Source: a virus (taxonomy: Duplodnaviria > Caudoviricetes). From it: a stretch of DNA of 62,930 nucleotides. The stretch is taken from positions 1 through 62,930 of the IMG/VR virus record IMGVR_UViG_3300009164_000073; one strand, given 5' to 3'. The notes under the pieces are model-generated. The model was given only the letters and a program-made list of their open reading frames with translations. It made no database searches and was not told the DNA's origin. The translations under genes were made by a program, and so were the position numbers. Shown one piece after another: positions 45,001 to 54,862 of this stretch. Each line of letters starts with the position of its first letter. The first letter of the stretch is position 1.

Positions 45001-48000
45001 TAACCGTAGGCACACTAGCATCCGGCACAATCGTATCAGGTATGGTATTAACTGGTGGAAGTATTGTCGCCGGAACATATATTGTTTCTAATATTCCAGG
45101 TGTTATAACTGGTACAACGACTTATATTTCATTAAGTGGTACTAGCGTTACTGCTGCCGCAACATACACCGCAGTATCACAATTATCAACTAGTGGCTCG
45201 GGTACCGGTGCAACATTCACTATTGTTAAAACTGGTGCTGGAACATCTTATAACGGTGTCACAACTGTTACCGTAGTAAATGGTGGCACTGGATATACTG
45301 TTGGCGATACTATTACAATCAGTGGTGCAGTACTAGGCGGAGTTGTAACAACCAACAACTTCACATTTACACTAGCGACTAGTGTAAACAGTACAACATA
45401 CTGGACTGTGAGTGCAAGTCAAACACAGACCTCAACTACTATCACTGGTACAAGTAATCAATTTACAGTAGGTGCTTCGACCGGAGCTGTGGTCAACCAA
45501 CCAATTAAGTTTGGTATTAGCACACAGGCTTCTGTTTCAGATGGGCCAACAGCATATATTACCGTGGGTACTACTGACGGAATGATCCTCAATATGCCTT
45601 TAGTATTCACAGTTACCAGTGGATCGGCATTTGGCGGATTGGTTAGTGGAACAACTTACTATGTTAAATCAATTATCAGTGGAACACAACTCACACTGAG
45701 TGCATCATCGGGTGGTACCACACTGTCAGTAACTTCAGGATCGGGCTCAATGAATGTTGTTACTGGTGGAACTATTCCAGGTGGAGTATCTGCTGGCACC
45801 CAATATTATATTTCTGCAATCCCTAGTTCGACCACTGTATCGATTAGCCCATATCAGCGTGTTGATTCAACAACTACAGCAACCACAGTAACCTCGGCAA
45901 CATTGCCAGGTTGTACAATCGTTGGCACAACACTTACAGTTGGTAGTGGTGTAACTGGTACTATCACAGCAGGTATGCTATTATCTGGTGGTACTGTTAC
46001 TGCCGGTACATATATTATTTCTAATATCAGTGGGGTCAGTGATGGCAGTACTTGGTTGATCAGCACAAGCCAAACAGTGTCATCACCGACAAGCATTACT
46101 GCTACAGGCTATAATGTTAACATTGGTAGCACTACTGGAATACAAAGAGGTCAACCGATCTCAATTACAGGTACTACGTTTGGCAACATTGTAAGTGGAA
46201 CTGAATACTACATCGCTGCTATTTCGTCATCATCAACTGTGGTCTTAAGTTCAACCGCAGCAATGACTGCCGTGTTTGTTGTTACCGCAGCGACCGGTAC
46301 TGCATCAACAGTTGCTAAATTTAAGCAGTATGCAGTTTCAACAACTTCAGGATCTATATCAACTGTTATCAGCGGCGGAATTACTGCGACTGTAACTGCT
46401 AATAGTGGTACTGGAGTATTCACTACTCCCTACGCACACGGATTTGTAGCAGGTGATGTTATTAAAGTTAGTTCGTCAGGAACACTGGCAACTGGCCTAG
46501 TTACCAATGCACATTACTTTGTTCTAGCTGCTGGATTAACTACAACATCATTTACTCTATCACTATCTCCAGGTGGTACTGCTATATTGACATCAGGTAC
46601 TCCTACCGGAACAATGTATGTTGGAAAAGTACAAGGACGTGCTGGTGATAACTATGTTGCCGTAGTTGCACTAGGGCCATACGACAGAGCGAGAGCAGTT
46701 GGATCAGTATTCAACTTCAAAGGTGTTGATTATATTATCACTCGTTACGATCCAGAAACTGTAACTAACACAGCGTTCGGTCGTGTCTATGTCGAAAGAA
46801 TCAATCTCACAACTGGCGTACAAACTGCTACAGGTTTTGCAGACAGCGTGGTTTCATATGTATCAGCAGTAACACTAAAAGCTTCTGTGCGCAGAGGCAG
46901 TTCAAATGCCAACGGTACACTAACAATTCGTATTGCGTTGACTCGTGTTACAGGACACGACTTACTAGATATCGGTACTGGATCATATGCAGATACAAAC
47001 TATCCAAACGAAATCTACGGGCCAGCTGTTAATGCTCGTAACCCCGCAGGCGAAACTGTCGAACGATCAGTGGGTCGTGTGTTCTATGTAACCACTGACC
47101 AATACGGTAACTTTAGAGTAGGCCCGTACTTCAGCGTTGATCAAGGTACTGGTAAGGTATCGTTCTCTGCAGCGATTGCGTTGAGTAACTTGGACGGTCT
47201 AGGATTTAAACGTGGTGTTCCGATCAGTGAATTCTCAACAGACTCGTCATTCGCTAATAATGCAACTGACACAGTACCGACACAGAATGCTACACGTATC
47301 TACATTGAACGTAGACTAGGCCTAACACACTCTGGTGCTGCTGTTGATCCTGGACAATTAATTCCAATCAACACTGGTGGTTTCTTAGCATTGAACGGTT
47401 CCTTGAAGATGAAGGGCAATGCAGACTTTAATAATAATAAGATTATTAATTTAACAAACCCAACAGATCCTCAAGATGCAGTTAACCTAAGAAGTTTAAC
47501 ACTGGCTAACATTACTGGTTTTACATTTACTAGCCCGTCAAATAGTCAACTTGCCACATTCAATAGCAGTGGTTTTGTTGTTAACTCATCAATGGCTGGT
47601 GATGCTACAGTAGTCTTAAGTGGAAATACGCTAACACTTACAATATCAGCAGGTGCCATTGTAAACAGCAAGATTAGTGCTTCGGCAGCTATTGACCAAA
47701 GTAAATTGGCAATGACCGCTGCAGGTACGAGAACAAATGCCACAGGTATCACACAGGCAGAAAGAGGACTTGCAAGTTTTGATGATACTCAATTTACAGT
47801 AACCAATGGCTGGGTAACTGTCAAGGATAATGGCCTAACACTACCTAAGATTGCACAGATTTCAGCATACAGTGTGTTAGGTAATAATACCAATAGTACA
47901 GCTAATATAACTGCTGTCGGATATTCATCGGTCGTCGACACTGGCGGTGGTATTAAAAAATCACAGTACGGATCAACTGGTTTCTTGAGAAGAACTAACT

Positions 48001-48827
48001 CATCAGTCAGTGGTGGAACACTCGATACCGATTATTCAATTGTTGAAATGTCGGCAAATGCAGACGCCAGCAAATTAGTTGTTCGTGACAGTAACGGTGA
48101 TTTTGCTGCTAGAGTCATTAGCGTTGATCAAATTAAAGTTGACACTAACTTAGCTATTGATACTTCTACTGCGGCTAGTGGTGGATATGTTAGATTCTAC
48201 GGTTGGAACACAGTCGGTGGTGTGTTAATACAATCCGGATCAACAGCCAGTGATAACAAAACATTGTACTGGAATGACACTCATCAATTCAAGTCCAAAG
48301 ATGGTGCAACTGATGCACCAATTACAGCGTCTTCGATACAGGTAACTGCGATCACAACAGGCGGCAATACTGCAACTGGTACGATAACTGGACGATGGAC
48401 ATTAACTGGAACTTCGCCGAGCGAATCAAGATTACAATCGACATACTCCGCTGACTTAGCCGAGTACTATGAAGGTGACAAAGAGTATGAAGTTGGTACT
48501 GTCTTAGTATTTGGTGGGGATAAAGAAGTCACAGTCGACGGTAAACTTGGCAGTACAAGAGTTGCAGGTGTTGTTTCTAACACAGCGGCCTTTGTGATGT
48601 ATGATGCTTGCCCAGGACTTAAGAACTTAGTAGCCTTGCAAGGTCGTGTACCAGTTAAGGTTGTTGGTAAAATACAAAAAGGAGATCTGCTAGTGACATC
48701 CAAAATTCCAGGTGTTGCTGTATCAGCTGGCGAAGATGCTAAGACCGGTACAGTAATCGGTAAAGCATTAGAAACATATGATTCGGATCATATAGGTACA
48801 ATTGAAGTAGCGGTAGGGAGATCATAA
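39039..48827 (+). CDS. giant virion structural protein (baseplate/tail fibre, 3262 aa)
   Basis: T4 gp9/gp10-like N-terminus IDIG...NDGTGD.IRD.F.KVN.NF; helical and beta repeats; C-terminal ADLAEYY...GRVPVKV chaperone-like domain; TAAATA at 39002. Confidence 0.85.
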   Translation: MARKIIDIGTVGNDGTGDSIRDSFNKVNDNFLELYSSLGLGDRLKFTGLSDVPTSYIGQEGAVLTVNQTTTGLKFKQITPGVGITIDTTTNANEIKLNAVFSRISADKSPQLGGDLSATSGGINYRIKDLSTPIFVNEAANKGYVDTKISRAGVYTIDPATNTTNSAAGRMTGPLILSRNPEPEDDTVYDGLIAATKSYVDNAAFGSIANLYVATSGQDARVGVSDELQGRALAYAYRTVEAALRRAEELMLESRVEIGPYKKTLTYSNGAGVCTLSNIGVSNESGTGFSAAALMSVDVAILSSPGANYQVNDIITISGGTVATSGQRATIKVLSTTASPGAIVTFSIISTGVYSAVPGNLAISTTSNSAFGSGAKFDLTYKVNNIKINNPGTGYGLVSVRITGGGGSGAFGVANVVGGTINSVSITDPGTGFTSVPTVVANLPTFAIYTAGLKTDFTGNYASNTLTAAATRDIRPGLYLRGETSGALAQILTHTGDLDGQGNELFDVDIVYGNFVIGEAISYGDITKNKQITVFIESGTYEENYPLKVPQNVSIIGDEFRRVIIRPRPGSSSSPWSFQNFRRDLTVDGITTASTLFGNHYLTNPAQPVYPIVVNAGKYKAAAQLLYLNKFFIQEELIGWIDYQVTNRIEPFDGGYVFNSAKCSRDVGLIIEAVLADTVLGSTYLSTAAGISYLRSYSSVVTTSQKAQTIAGINKARDLVLTTIYGSSTYVSSSTKITALFKIVTDIIQSLSYPTATLTYENPSSITTDGTRAKNILVANRSFIRDEVIGYLADSGIAAGITSYDAVKFSRNIGYLVDAVVFDLTYSSTSQSILYGQSFYNAAGAIAFVWERNTFASALTQLKVIIPQVISNSTSWANKSSSNTTSQVINLTAASSSGASATKLNAAVDIIKDIVANGINAPSSITPVPPTYTDGVNAPANANRLTVIAAKTTIQAQTIAFLNAEYNSGIFSYNARLCKRDAGLIVDALVFDLRYGGYNRTISAALKYFQSVSALIAITTQLEQTVAAMLKIASLARSVIQNTSAAVAGPFSGYYQEAAAQIIDQAYIYEVGTPAILTNLINAVIDIISGSTALNLPKDNNKLDVFLCNDAVMIRKVSAQGQGGFMMVLDPQGQILAKSPYCQESASFIGSTGRKQFAGGMFVDGFAGNLEFRMSAAASTTKISITGLDRFPNLPASVIVTDSVYRLNYVRDFVYGPAGTFSYDQTAFSTNIGRIVNAALDDLIFSTNYRSITVGLSYLQSSTIQQQRVQTIAGINKAKEYVLALISDPTEKAAITASIGIVTTIINSSAASSAPALTYTNPLNTASGVINGARELIANRDFLIDEVISYINANLSPEVVSGYNEATRRISVGVLVDALAFDLFYGGNSASVAAGKLYYDDAGVSILGLQTSLVVSAKTRLKNIIGFVIQGNTGWTKNTSLVQSTAQGAGSAGAATTVSNLIQVVIDIINTGLSAAPSVVNPTYVNGANYASYSTDRATIVAGLSTVQSNVIKFINSTYGAGGSSATIVLDPSTPYIFDVGPQNCTISNASPAVITKVSHNLQAGATLVFSSTGTLPSGLVAGQRYYVLLDGLGANFFRVTDTLGSITPVATTSAGSGTHIYDRIYEILMPGNRSMLSNDFTQIADLGYGVIATNGGLTEAVSMFTYYCQISYYSINGGQIRSIAGSSAHGRFALVAEGSDPLEVPTPTDLYYNLSQAVSCYYPTGNYSNSVQGVVIYINNYSYVPLPNSELEVDHGNGILYRYPVNSAYIGSDLPAGVARLTLGSSTGATGLSGLYASVPDGTIMTVRQSQSLMLSGNLAGVTVRPSTGLVFTESSTNVYRVLQFTDYTDPLGPFTCTISTATPAVITKADHGLLVNYPVVFSTSGALPAGITAGQTYYVLGTNLTQNTFTISTLKGGGAVATTANGSGVHKYTPTGITTTLLRENYSYIYLTVYQPNDYSAIATTATATATTTASMTGSSISGTTLTVGTLASGTIVSGMVLTGGSIVAGTYIVSNIPGVITGTTTYISLSGTSVTAAATYTAVSQLSTSGSGTGATFTIVKTGAGTSYNGVTTVTVVNGGTGYTVGDTITISGAVLGGVVTTNNFTFTLATSVNSTTYWTVSASQTQTSTTITGTSNQFTVGASTGAVVNQPIKFGISTQASVSDGPTAYITVGTTDGMILNMPLVFTVTSGSAFGGLVSGTTYYVKSIISGTQLTLSASSGGTTLSVTSGSGSMNVVTGGTIPGGVSAGTQYYISAIPSSTTVSISPYQRVDSTTTATTVTSATLPGCTIVGTTLTVGSGVTGTITAGMLLSGGTVTAGTYIISNISGVSDGSTWLISTSQTVSSPTSITATGYNVNIGSTTGIQRGQPISITGTTFGNIVSGTEYYIAAISSSSTVVLSSTAAMTAVFVVTAATGTASTVAKFKQYAVSTTSGSISTVISGGITATVTANSGTGVFTTPYAHGFVAGDVIKVSSSGTLATGLVTNAHYFVLAAGLTTTSFTLSLSPGGTAILTSGTPTGTMYVGKVQGRAGDNYVAVVALGPYDRARAVGSVFNFKGVDYIITRYDPETVTNTAFGRVYVERINLTTGVQTATGFADSVVSYVSAVTLKASVRRGSSNANGTLTIRIALTRVTGHDLLDIGTGSYADTNYPNEIYGPAVNARNPAGETVERSVGRVFYVTTDQYGNFRVGPYFSVDQGTGKVSFSAAIALSNLDGLGFKRGVPISEFSTDSSFANNATDTVPTQNATRIYIERRLGLTHSGAAVDPGQLIPINTGGFLALNGSLKMKGNADFNNNKIINLTNPTDPQDAVNLRSLTLANITGFTFTSPSNSQLATFNSSGFVVNSSMAGDATVVLSGNTLTLTISAGAIVNSKISASAAIDQSKLAMTAAGTRTNATGITQAERGLASFDDTQFTVTNGWVTVKDNGLTLPKIAQISAYSVLGNNTNSTANITAVGYSSVVDTGGGIKKSQYGSTGFLRRTNSSVSGGTLDTDYSIVEMSANADASKLVVRDSNGDFAARVISVDQIKVDTNLAIDTSTAASGGYVRFYGWNTVGGVLIQSGSTASDNKTLYWNDTHQFKSKDGATDAPITASSIQVTAITTGGNTATGTITGRWTLTGTSPSESRLQSTYSADLAEYYEGDKEYEVGTVLVFGGDKEVTVDGKLGSTRVAGVVSNTAAFVMYDACPGLKNLVALQGRVPVKVVGKIQKGDLLVTSKIPGVAVSAGEDAKTGTVIGKALETYDSDHIGTIEVAVGRS

Positions 48828-50785
48828 TGGCTATCAATCAAAATATCAAACTCGGTCCTGCTCCTCTACTATGGAGTAACCTCGACAGTGCCTTTAAATT
48901 AATTAATCAAAACTTTGATGTTATTGCTGCAAACATCGGCGGCTCGGCTGCTGATTTTTCTAGTTTAAATTCCTCTGTAACTCCGGCAACCACTAACTCA
49001 TTTGTACTAGGCACTGATACAAAACAGTGGAAGGAATTGCGTCTAGCTGATGCTTCAGCGATACCAGGTTCGGAATTTAACGGACTGTGGTTAGGTGCTG
49101 CACAGATTAAGAGCGCAAGTGGCATTGTAGATCTACCTGCAGGTACTACAGTTGCAGGTGCTCAAATTTTCGATACTAATAGAACTGCATTTAAAACAAT
49201 TTCTGTTAGCGGACAATCAGACGTAGTTGCAGATAGTTATACCGATACACTAACATTAGCAGCTGGTACTGCTATGACAGTGACTACCAATGCAGCCACT
49301 GATACAATCACATTTACCAACACTGGTGTTACTAGCCTAACAGGTAGTGCTGCTATCAGTGTGTCTAATTCAACTGGCGCTATTACAATTACTAATACAG
49401 GTGTTACAAGAATTACCGCTGGCGCTGGTATGACCATTGATCAGAACACTGGGAATGTCACAATCACTAACAGTGGTATTAGAGGTATAGCTGTTGTTAC
49501 CGGTCTTAGTTTGTCAATCGATGCCACCACAAAAATTGCAACATTAAACAATACTTCCCCAGCATCGGCACTGTTTACATTTAGAAACTTATCTGTACCG
49601 GGAGCAAGTTTGATTACTGCTTCAAGTAGTACTGATACGCTGACAATGATCAAAGGATATGGTATTGGTATCACGACCGTCCCATTAACTAAGACAATGA
49701 CCATCAGTGTAGATCCAAAGATCGACATCACTGGATCTGTATTCTCTGATAACTCCTCATTGCTGGTTGATGGTACTGGCGCAAGAATTGTAGGTGATGT
49801 TTATACGTCTGTATTGAGAACCAGTGAAACAAAAATAACACTTGGATATAGTGCGGGTGCTACATCACAAGGCAACGCTACTGTTGCAATTGGTGCGTTT
49901 GCCGGACAAACTACACAAGGTGCCAATGCAGTAGCTGTCGGATTTAATGCCGGCCAAACTACACAAGGTGCCAATGCAGTAGCTATCGGTCAGACTGCTG
50001 GATATAATGGTCAAGGTCTCGATGCAGTAGCTGTCGGAATAGGGGCTGGATATACTGGTCAAGGTGCGCAGGCCATTGCAATCGGTAAACTAGCAGGTCA
50101 AACCAATCAACACGCAAACTCAATAATTCTAAATGCTAGTGGTAGTGCATTACAAAGCGATGGTACAAGTAGATTCTACGTGAACCCTGTGCGCAGTGGT
50201 GCTAACACTGGAAACATCCTACAGTACAATACATCAACAAAAGAAATTTCATATGGCTCAACTGTTACTGCAACAGTTGTTGGTAATGTCACAGGTAACG
50301 TAGTTGGCGACTTAAAAGGTACCGTAGTTGCAGATGATTCAACAATACTAGTAGATGCTGTAGCAGGCAAAGTAGTTGGACCTATTGATACAACCACAAT
50401 CAATGCTACTGGAGCAACGCAGCTCTATGCTGTTAAGAAAACCTATGCATCGATCGCTGGTGCGACAGGTACAGTTATACACGACATCAACAACGGTGAT
50501 GTGTTTGTACACACTGGGCTACAAGGTAACTTCAACGTTGACCTGTACAACCTAAATCTAGCCAATGGTCAGTTTATGGAAATCAAAATGATACTGATAC
50601 AAGGAGCAACAGCTCGTGTTCCAAACGCTATTTTGATTAACGGCAGTAACACTGGCATTACATTAAACTGGGAAAATAATGTTGTTATTACCGGTAACAA
50701 TAACAAGAAAGACATAGTAACATTTAGTTTATATAGAAACGGATCTGCTTACAGCGTATTTGGTATGCTGAGAACATTCGGATAA
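48827..50785 (+). CDS. tail fibre / structural protein
   Basis: NTGVT repeats, 16-aa AG..QG.NAVA.G repeats, D.KG.V..DDS modules. Confidence 0.75.
   Translation: MAINQNIKLGPAPLLWSNLDSAFKLINQNFDVIAANIGGSAADFSSLNSSVTPATTNSFVLGTDTKQWKELRLADASAIPGSEFNGLWLGAAQIKSASGIVDLPAGTTVAGAQIFDTNRTAFKTISVSGQSDVVADSYTDTLTLAAGTAMTVTTNAATDTITFTNTGVTSLTGSAAISVSNSTGAITITNTGVTRITAGAGMTIDQNTGNVTITNSGIRGIAVVTGLSLSIDATTKIATLNNTSPASALFTFRNLSVPGASLITASSSTDTLTMIKGYGIGITTVPLTKTMTISVDPKIDITGSVFSDNSSLLVDGTGARIVGDVYTSVLRTSETKITLGYSAGATSQGNATVAIGAFAGQTTQGANAVAVGFNAGQTTQGANAVAIGQTAGYNGQGLDAVAVGIGAGYTGQGAQAIAIGKLAGQTNQHANSIILNASGSALQSDGTSRFYVNPVRSGANTGNILQYNTSTKEISYGSTVTATVVGNVTGNVVGDLKGTVVADDSTILVDAVAGKVVGPIDTTTINATGATQLYAVKKTYASIAGATGTVIHDINNGDVFVHTGLQGNFNVDLYNLNLANGQFMEIKMILIQGATARVPNAILINGSNTGITLNWENNVVITGNNNKKDIVTFSLYRNGSAYSVFGMLRTFG
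49850..50110 (+). repeat. 48-nt coding tandem repeats (YadA-head-like 16-aa units)
   Basis: GCCGG.CAAACTACACAAGGTGCCAATGCAGTAGCT at 49901 and 49949, plus degenerate copies. Confidence 0.75.
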
Positions 50786-50815
50786 TAGGGTAAATATTAA
50801 AAGAGAGCGTAGACA

Positions 50816-51373
50816 ATGACCATACAAACAATAAACATAGGTAATGTAGTTAATGACGGGTTAGGTGATGACCTGCGAACTGCATTCCAAAAAGTAAACG
50901 CAAACTTTACAGGGCTATCCGCAGAACTAACAATTACCGGTCGAAATCTCGGAGCCAGTGGTGCTGCTGTGTTTAAACAGAAACTTGGTACAGAATTAGA
51001 ATTTAGAAATCTAGTTGCTGGCACTAAGATGCAGTTTAACGAAACCAGTGATTCTATCATTGTTAATAGTACGGCTCCTGATTCGTTTACGCGGATCGAT
51101 ACTAATGCTGGATATGTAACGGCCAATCCTAGTAATGCAGGACATATTACTTTGCAGGGCGGGCGTGATATTGATGTTACAACATTAGGTAATACGATCA
51201 CAGTTAATACTATTTTGCCAGTTACAAAAATTTTAACCACATTCGACTTTGGTCCGATAGGCAGAAACTTCACAACGTCCACGCAACTTTCCCTAGCATT
51301 TGCCAACATAGATTTTGGAACTATAACTACCCCGAGCCTGATAAATGTTGACAGTGGCTTGTTAACAATCTAA
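50816..51373 (+). CDS. baseplate-related structural protein
   Basis: INIGNVVNDGLGDDLRTAFQKVNANF gp9/gp10-like N-terminus. Confidence 0.75.
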   Translation: MTIQTINIGNVVNDGLGDDLRTAFQKVNANFTGLSAELTITGRNLGASGAAVFKQKLGTELEFRNLVAGTKMQFNETSDSIIVNSTAPDSFTRIDTNAGYVTANPSNAGHITLQGGRDIDVTTLGNTITVNTILPVTKILTTFDFGPIGRNFTTSTQLSLAFANIDFGTITTPSLINVDSGLLTI

Positions 51374-51384
51374 GGAATTAACCG

Positions 51385-54039
51385 ATGGCATTAGCTTGGT
51401 CAACAGCCGCAGGAAGCCTAGGAATTATAACTGAACGTATTACAGTTGATATTCCATTAACAGTTACCACGACAACTTCACATCCAATAGTATATACAGT
51501 AATCTCAGGTGATTTACCTAGAGGATTAAGACTGTACAATAATAGAATTGTAGGAAGTCCGGTTGAAGTTATTAGATTCACTACCAGTAGATTTGTTATA
51601 AGAGCAACAGATACAGTCGACGTAGAAGATCGAACATTTAGTTTATCTGTAGATGGCTCTGATGTTCCGCAGTGGCTTACGCAAGATGGATTCCTTAATG
51701 TAGGACCACAAGAAGCATATTATGTTCTAGACAACGCCTATGTAGATTTTCAACTAGAAGTCTATGATCCAGATGTTATTGCTGGTGATGTATTAAGCTT
51801 CTATCTCATACCCACTGGTGGTCAACTACCGCCTGGACTGTCATTAACAAAAGATGGTAGAATTTTTGGATTCACTGATCCTATATTTTCTGTAGAATAT
51901 AATTATTTTACATCCGGCTCGTACGACACATTTCCATATGATAATATTCCGTTAGATTTTGTCGATGCAAAAAGTAACGGTTACGATTCTTTCTTCTACG
52001 ATGATACTACCTATGACTTCAGTTTAGTCAGTCGTGTCCCGCGACATCTGAGTCGGATCTATACATTTGCTGTGGCAGTCACAGACGGCGCTAATACAGT
52101 TAATAGAGCATTTAAAATTTATGTCGTAACAGAAGAATTCTTAAAATCAGATAACAGTCTGCTACAGGTAGATACCAATTTATTCCAGGCAGATGCCGAC
52201 AGTCGAAGAATTCCATTATGGATTACCGAAAGTTATTTAGGGAGATATAGGGCTAATAACTATCTAACGATTTTCTTAGAAGTATATCACCCAACATCAC
52301 TTAACGGATATTTGAGCTATTTCTTAGTGCAGGTATCAAAGACCTGGCAACCAATAACTAGTTATGCAGTTGATGATGTAGTTCATTATGTGTATACTGT
52401 CGACGGATTACCCCGAGATGGTGGAAATTGGATCTGTATCGCTAATCACACATCGATCACTGGAGTCACCCCAGATATTGATCCCACTCATTGGACTGAA
52501 TACGGACTCCCTCCAGGAATGACTTTAGATCAACTTACTGGCGAGGTTGCTGGTCGAATTCCATATCAAACTCGCATCAGTAAGACCTATACCTTTAGAA
52601 TACAAGCTGTGAATTTTGATGTCACAGAACTTTCTTCTAACTATAATCTTAGAGGAGAGTGGAATTCAATAACTATATACTATCCAAATGATGCTGTTCG
52701 TTATGACGGATTTGTCTACATCTGTCTAGTTACCAATAAAAATGTTAGCCCACTTGAAATATTATACTGGAAAAGCAGTATTTCAGAAACAACAAAAACA
52801 TTTACCATTGACCTAATTGGTGAAATTGAAAGTGGTATCACTTGGAACACTGACAGCGATCTAGGCTCCATTAAACCTAATCAGCCTAGCACTGTCAGTG
52901 TTAGTGCCACCAGTTTACTGTATGGCGGCAGAGTAGCCTACGAACTTGTAAAGGGATCATTACCACCTGGCTTAGGATTCTTGCCTTCTAATGGGATTAT
53001 CGAAGGTAAAGTAAAACAATTTGCAGATGCAGATGGTCCAGGGTTGACTAGATTTTATGAAGTTATAAACAGCGAAAATAACTTTTCGTCATTCTGGGAT
53101 GGTGGTACAACGACTTTTGATAAGAAATTTACATTTACCATTAAAGCCAGAGACAGTGTTAATTTTTCAGAAGTATTGAAATCGTTCTCACTAACTGTGA
53201 TAGCAGACAATGCCAAGACATTTGCCAACCTGTTTGTCAAAGCATTTCAATCCAAAGAAAAACGTTTAGAGTGGTATAATTTTATTACAGACGCAAACAC
53301 GTTTGTGCCAACAGAATTATATCGGTACGGCGATTTAAATTTTAGCGTACAAACAGAAATTAAAATGCTTGTATATGCAGGCATTGAAAGTACAACCGCG
53401 GTCAAATATGTGCAGGCAATGAGCAGAAATCATTACAGAAAACGTTTGAAATTTGGTGGACTGAAATCTGCACAGGCGAAAGATCCAATTACACAAAAAA
53501 CAATTTACGAAGTCGTCTATGTAGAGATAATAGACGATCTAGAAAAAGACATATCTTCAAATAATAATCCTGGATCAACATTGTCTATCAGTAATACTGT
53601 TCAGTTAAGTAACACTATCAATAGTCCAGTGCTAGTTAGTTACGATGCTATAAGAATCGACAGCGATATTCCATTGGCTAGCGATCGTGATCACCAGCGA
53701 GTTTTTCCAAACTCAATAAAGAATATGAGAAAAAGAATACAGGGTGTGGGTAATAGAGATCGAGAATTTTTACCGCTTTGGATGCGTAGTATACAAGACA
53801 AGGACAGCAGAGAAACAGGATTTGTTAAAGCATTGGTGCTGTGCTATGTAAATCCAGCATCGGGTAGTATTTCTTATTCAGAAAATATAATAAACAGAAT
53901 TAAGGCTAAAATCCGAGATGAGAATTTTGATTTTAGAGTGTTTGACTTTGAAATTGATCGATATCTAATCGACATCATCAACGGGGAAATACAGGATAAA
54001 TATCTTGCGTTTCCACAACGTAAGGAAAAATTACCGTGA
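51385..54039 (+). CDS. structural protein with Ig-like (He_PIG) repeats and CBM5/12-like modules
   Basis: G.LP.GL.L repeats; W.....Y..D.V.Y....W/Y.C modules. Confidence 0.75.
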   Translation: MALAWSTAAGSLGIITERITVDIPLTVTTTTSHPIVYTVISGDLPRGLRLYNNRIVGSPVEVIRFTTSRFVIRATDTVDVEDRTFSLSVDGSDVPQWLTQDGFLNVGPQEAYYVLDNAYVDFQLEVYDPDVIAGDVLSFYLIPTGGQLPPGLSLTKDGRIFGFTDPIFSVEYNYFTSGSYDTFPYDNIPLDFVDAKSNGYDSFFYDDTTYDFSLVSRVPRHLSRIYTFAVAVTDGANTVNRAFKIYVVTEEFLKSDNSLLQVDTNLFQADADSRRIPLWITESYLGRYRANNYLTIFLEVYHPTSLNGYLSYFLVQVSKTWQPITSYAVDDVVHYVYTVDGLPRDGGNWICIANHTSITGVTPDIDPTHWTEYGLPPGMTLDQLTGEVAGRIPYQTRISKTYTFRIQAVNFDVTELSSNYNLRGEWNSITIYYPNDAVRYDGFVYICLVTNKNVSPLEILYWKSSISETTKTFTIDLIGEIESGITWNTDSDLGSIKPNQPSTVSVSATSLLYGGRVAYELVKGSLPPGLGFLPSNGIIEGKVKQFADADGPGLTRFYEVINSENNFSSFWDGGTTTFDKKFTFTIKARDSVNFSEVLKSFSLTVIADNAKTFANLFVKAFQSKEKRLEWYNFITDANTFVPTELYRYGDLNFSVQTEIKMLVYAGIESTTAVKYVQAMSRNHYRKRLKFGGLKSAQAKDPITQKTIYEVVYVEIIDDLEKDISSNNNPGSTLSISNTVQLSNTINSPVLVSYDAIRIDSDIPLASDRDHQRVFPNSIKNMRKRIQGVGNRDREFLPLWMRSIQDKDSRETGFVKALVLCYVNPASGSISYSENIINRIKAKIRDENFDFRVFDFEIDRYLIDIINGEIQDKYLAFPQRKEKLP

Positions 54040-54629
54040 CCAGTGCAATTAACTACAATATAATAAACGAAAACTTTCCTGTTCCAGGACAGGACAACGA
54101 TACTCAGACCTTTAGAGATAACTTCAACTCGATTAAAAATAACTTTAGAGAAGCACAAGGCGAAATAACAGCCTTGCAGACAAATTCAGCTAAAACTAAT
54201 ACATCAAATGATTTTAAATATAACACAGTATCTAAGGCAAAATTCCAAAATAACATAGAAGCTGTATTTGATTTTGGTGGACCAATGACTGCTGCACCGG
54301 TCGCACAAGAAGTAAATTTTGAAAACGGTCCATACCAAGTTATACGATTAGCCACTAACTTTGTTTTAAACTTTAAAGGATTCCCAGGGGATCCGACAAA
54401 TATTGAAACTACTAAAGTGGGTGTCGGTCGTGTGACATTAGAAATTTATAGCGATAGCACAACTCCTAGAACTGTAACATTTAGCACTTCGGGTGGTACT
54501 GTTATTAAAAAGAGTGCAAACTGGCCTGTTGATTTAACTGCTGATTCAACTTCCAATCCTACCATAATTGAAATTTGGAGACGCAGTCAAAACACAATTT
54601 TCATTAACTATCTAGGAAAATTTAGTTAA
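54036..54629 (+). CDS. virion structural protein
   Basis: FPV.GQDND.Q.FRDNF..IK N-terminal motif. Confidence 0.7.
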   Translation: MTSAINYNIINENFPVPGQDNDTQTFRDNFNSIKNNFREAQGEITALQTNSAKTNTSNDFKYNTVSKAKFQNNIEAVFDFGGPMTAAPVAQEVNFENGPYQVIRLATNFVLNFKGFPGDPTNIETTKVGVGRVTLEIYSDSTTPRTVTFSTSGGTVIKKSANWPVDLTADSTSNPTIIEIWRRSQNTIFINYLGKFS

Positions 54630-54862
54630 TGTTCCATCCATTTGAAGGCGATCTAAGCCAACTCAAAGACAACGAAGTAGAAGAAAAGCTCTTCGAACTC
54701 AATCGTAAATATTTTGCTGCCGCACGTTTAGGTAAACCTGACCTCTTGACACAGCTCGCTACTTTTGTTACAATATATAAAAATGAACTTTCTCGTAGAT
54801 ATATGTTGAGATCGAAACAAAACTTAGATGGCGATATGGATCAATTGATTAATGTGGACTGA
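54629..54862 (+). CDS. hypothetical protein
   Basis: TAATG-coupled; contains an internal TTGACA-17-TACAAT promoter (54746-54774). Confidence 0.65.
   Translation: MFHPFEGDLSQLKDNEVEEKLFELNRKYFAAARLGKPDLLTQLATFVTIYKNELSRRYMLRSKQNLDGDMDQLINVD

Noticed and set aside
49850-50110. Possible CRISPR-like or DGR repeats
   Set aside because: In-frame 48-nt coding repeats with no unique spacers; no cas or reverse transcriptase gene in the window
39679-51309. Numerous antisense ORFs in structural genes
   Set aside because: Expected shadows of Thr/Gly/Ser-rich coding sequence
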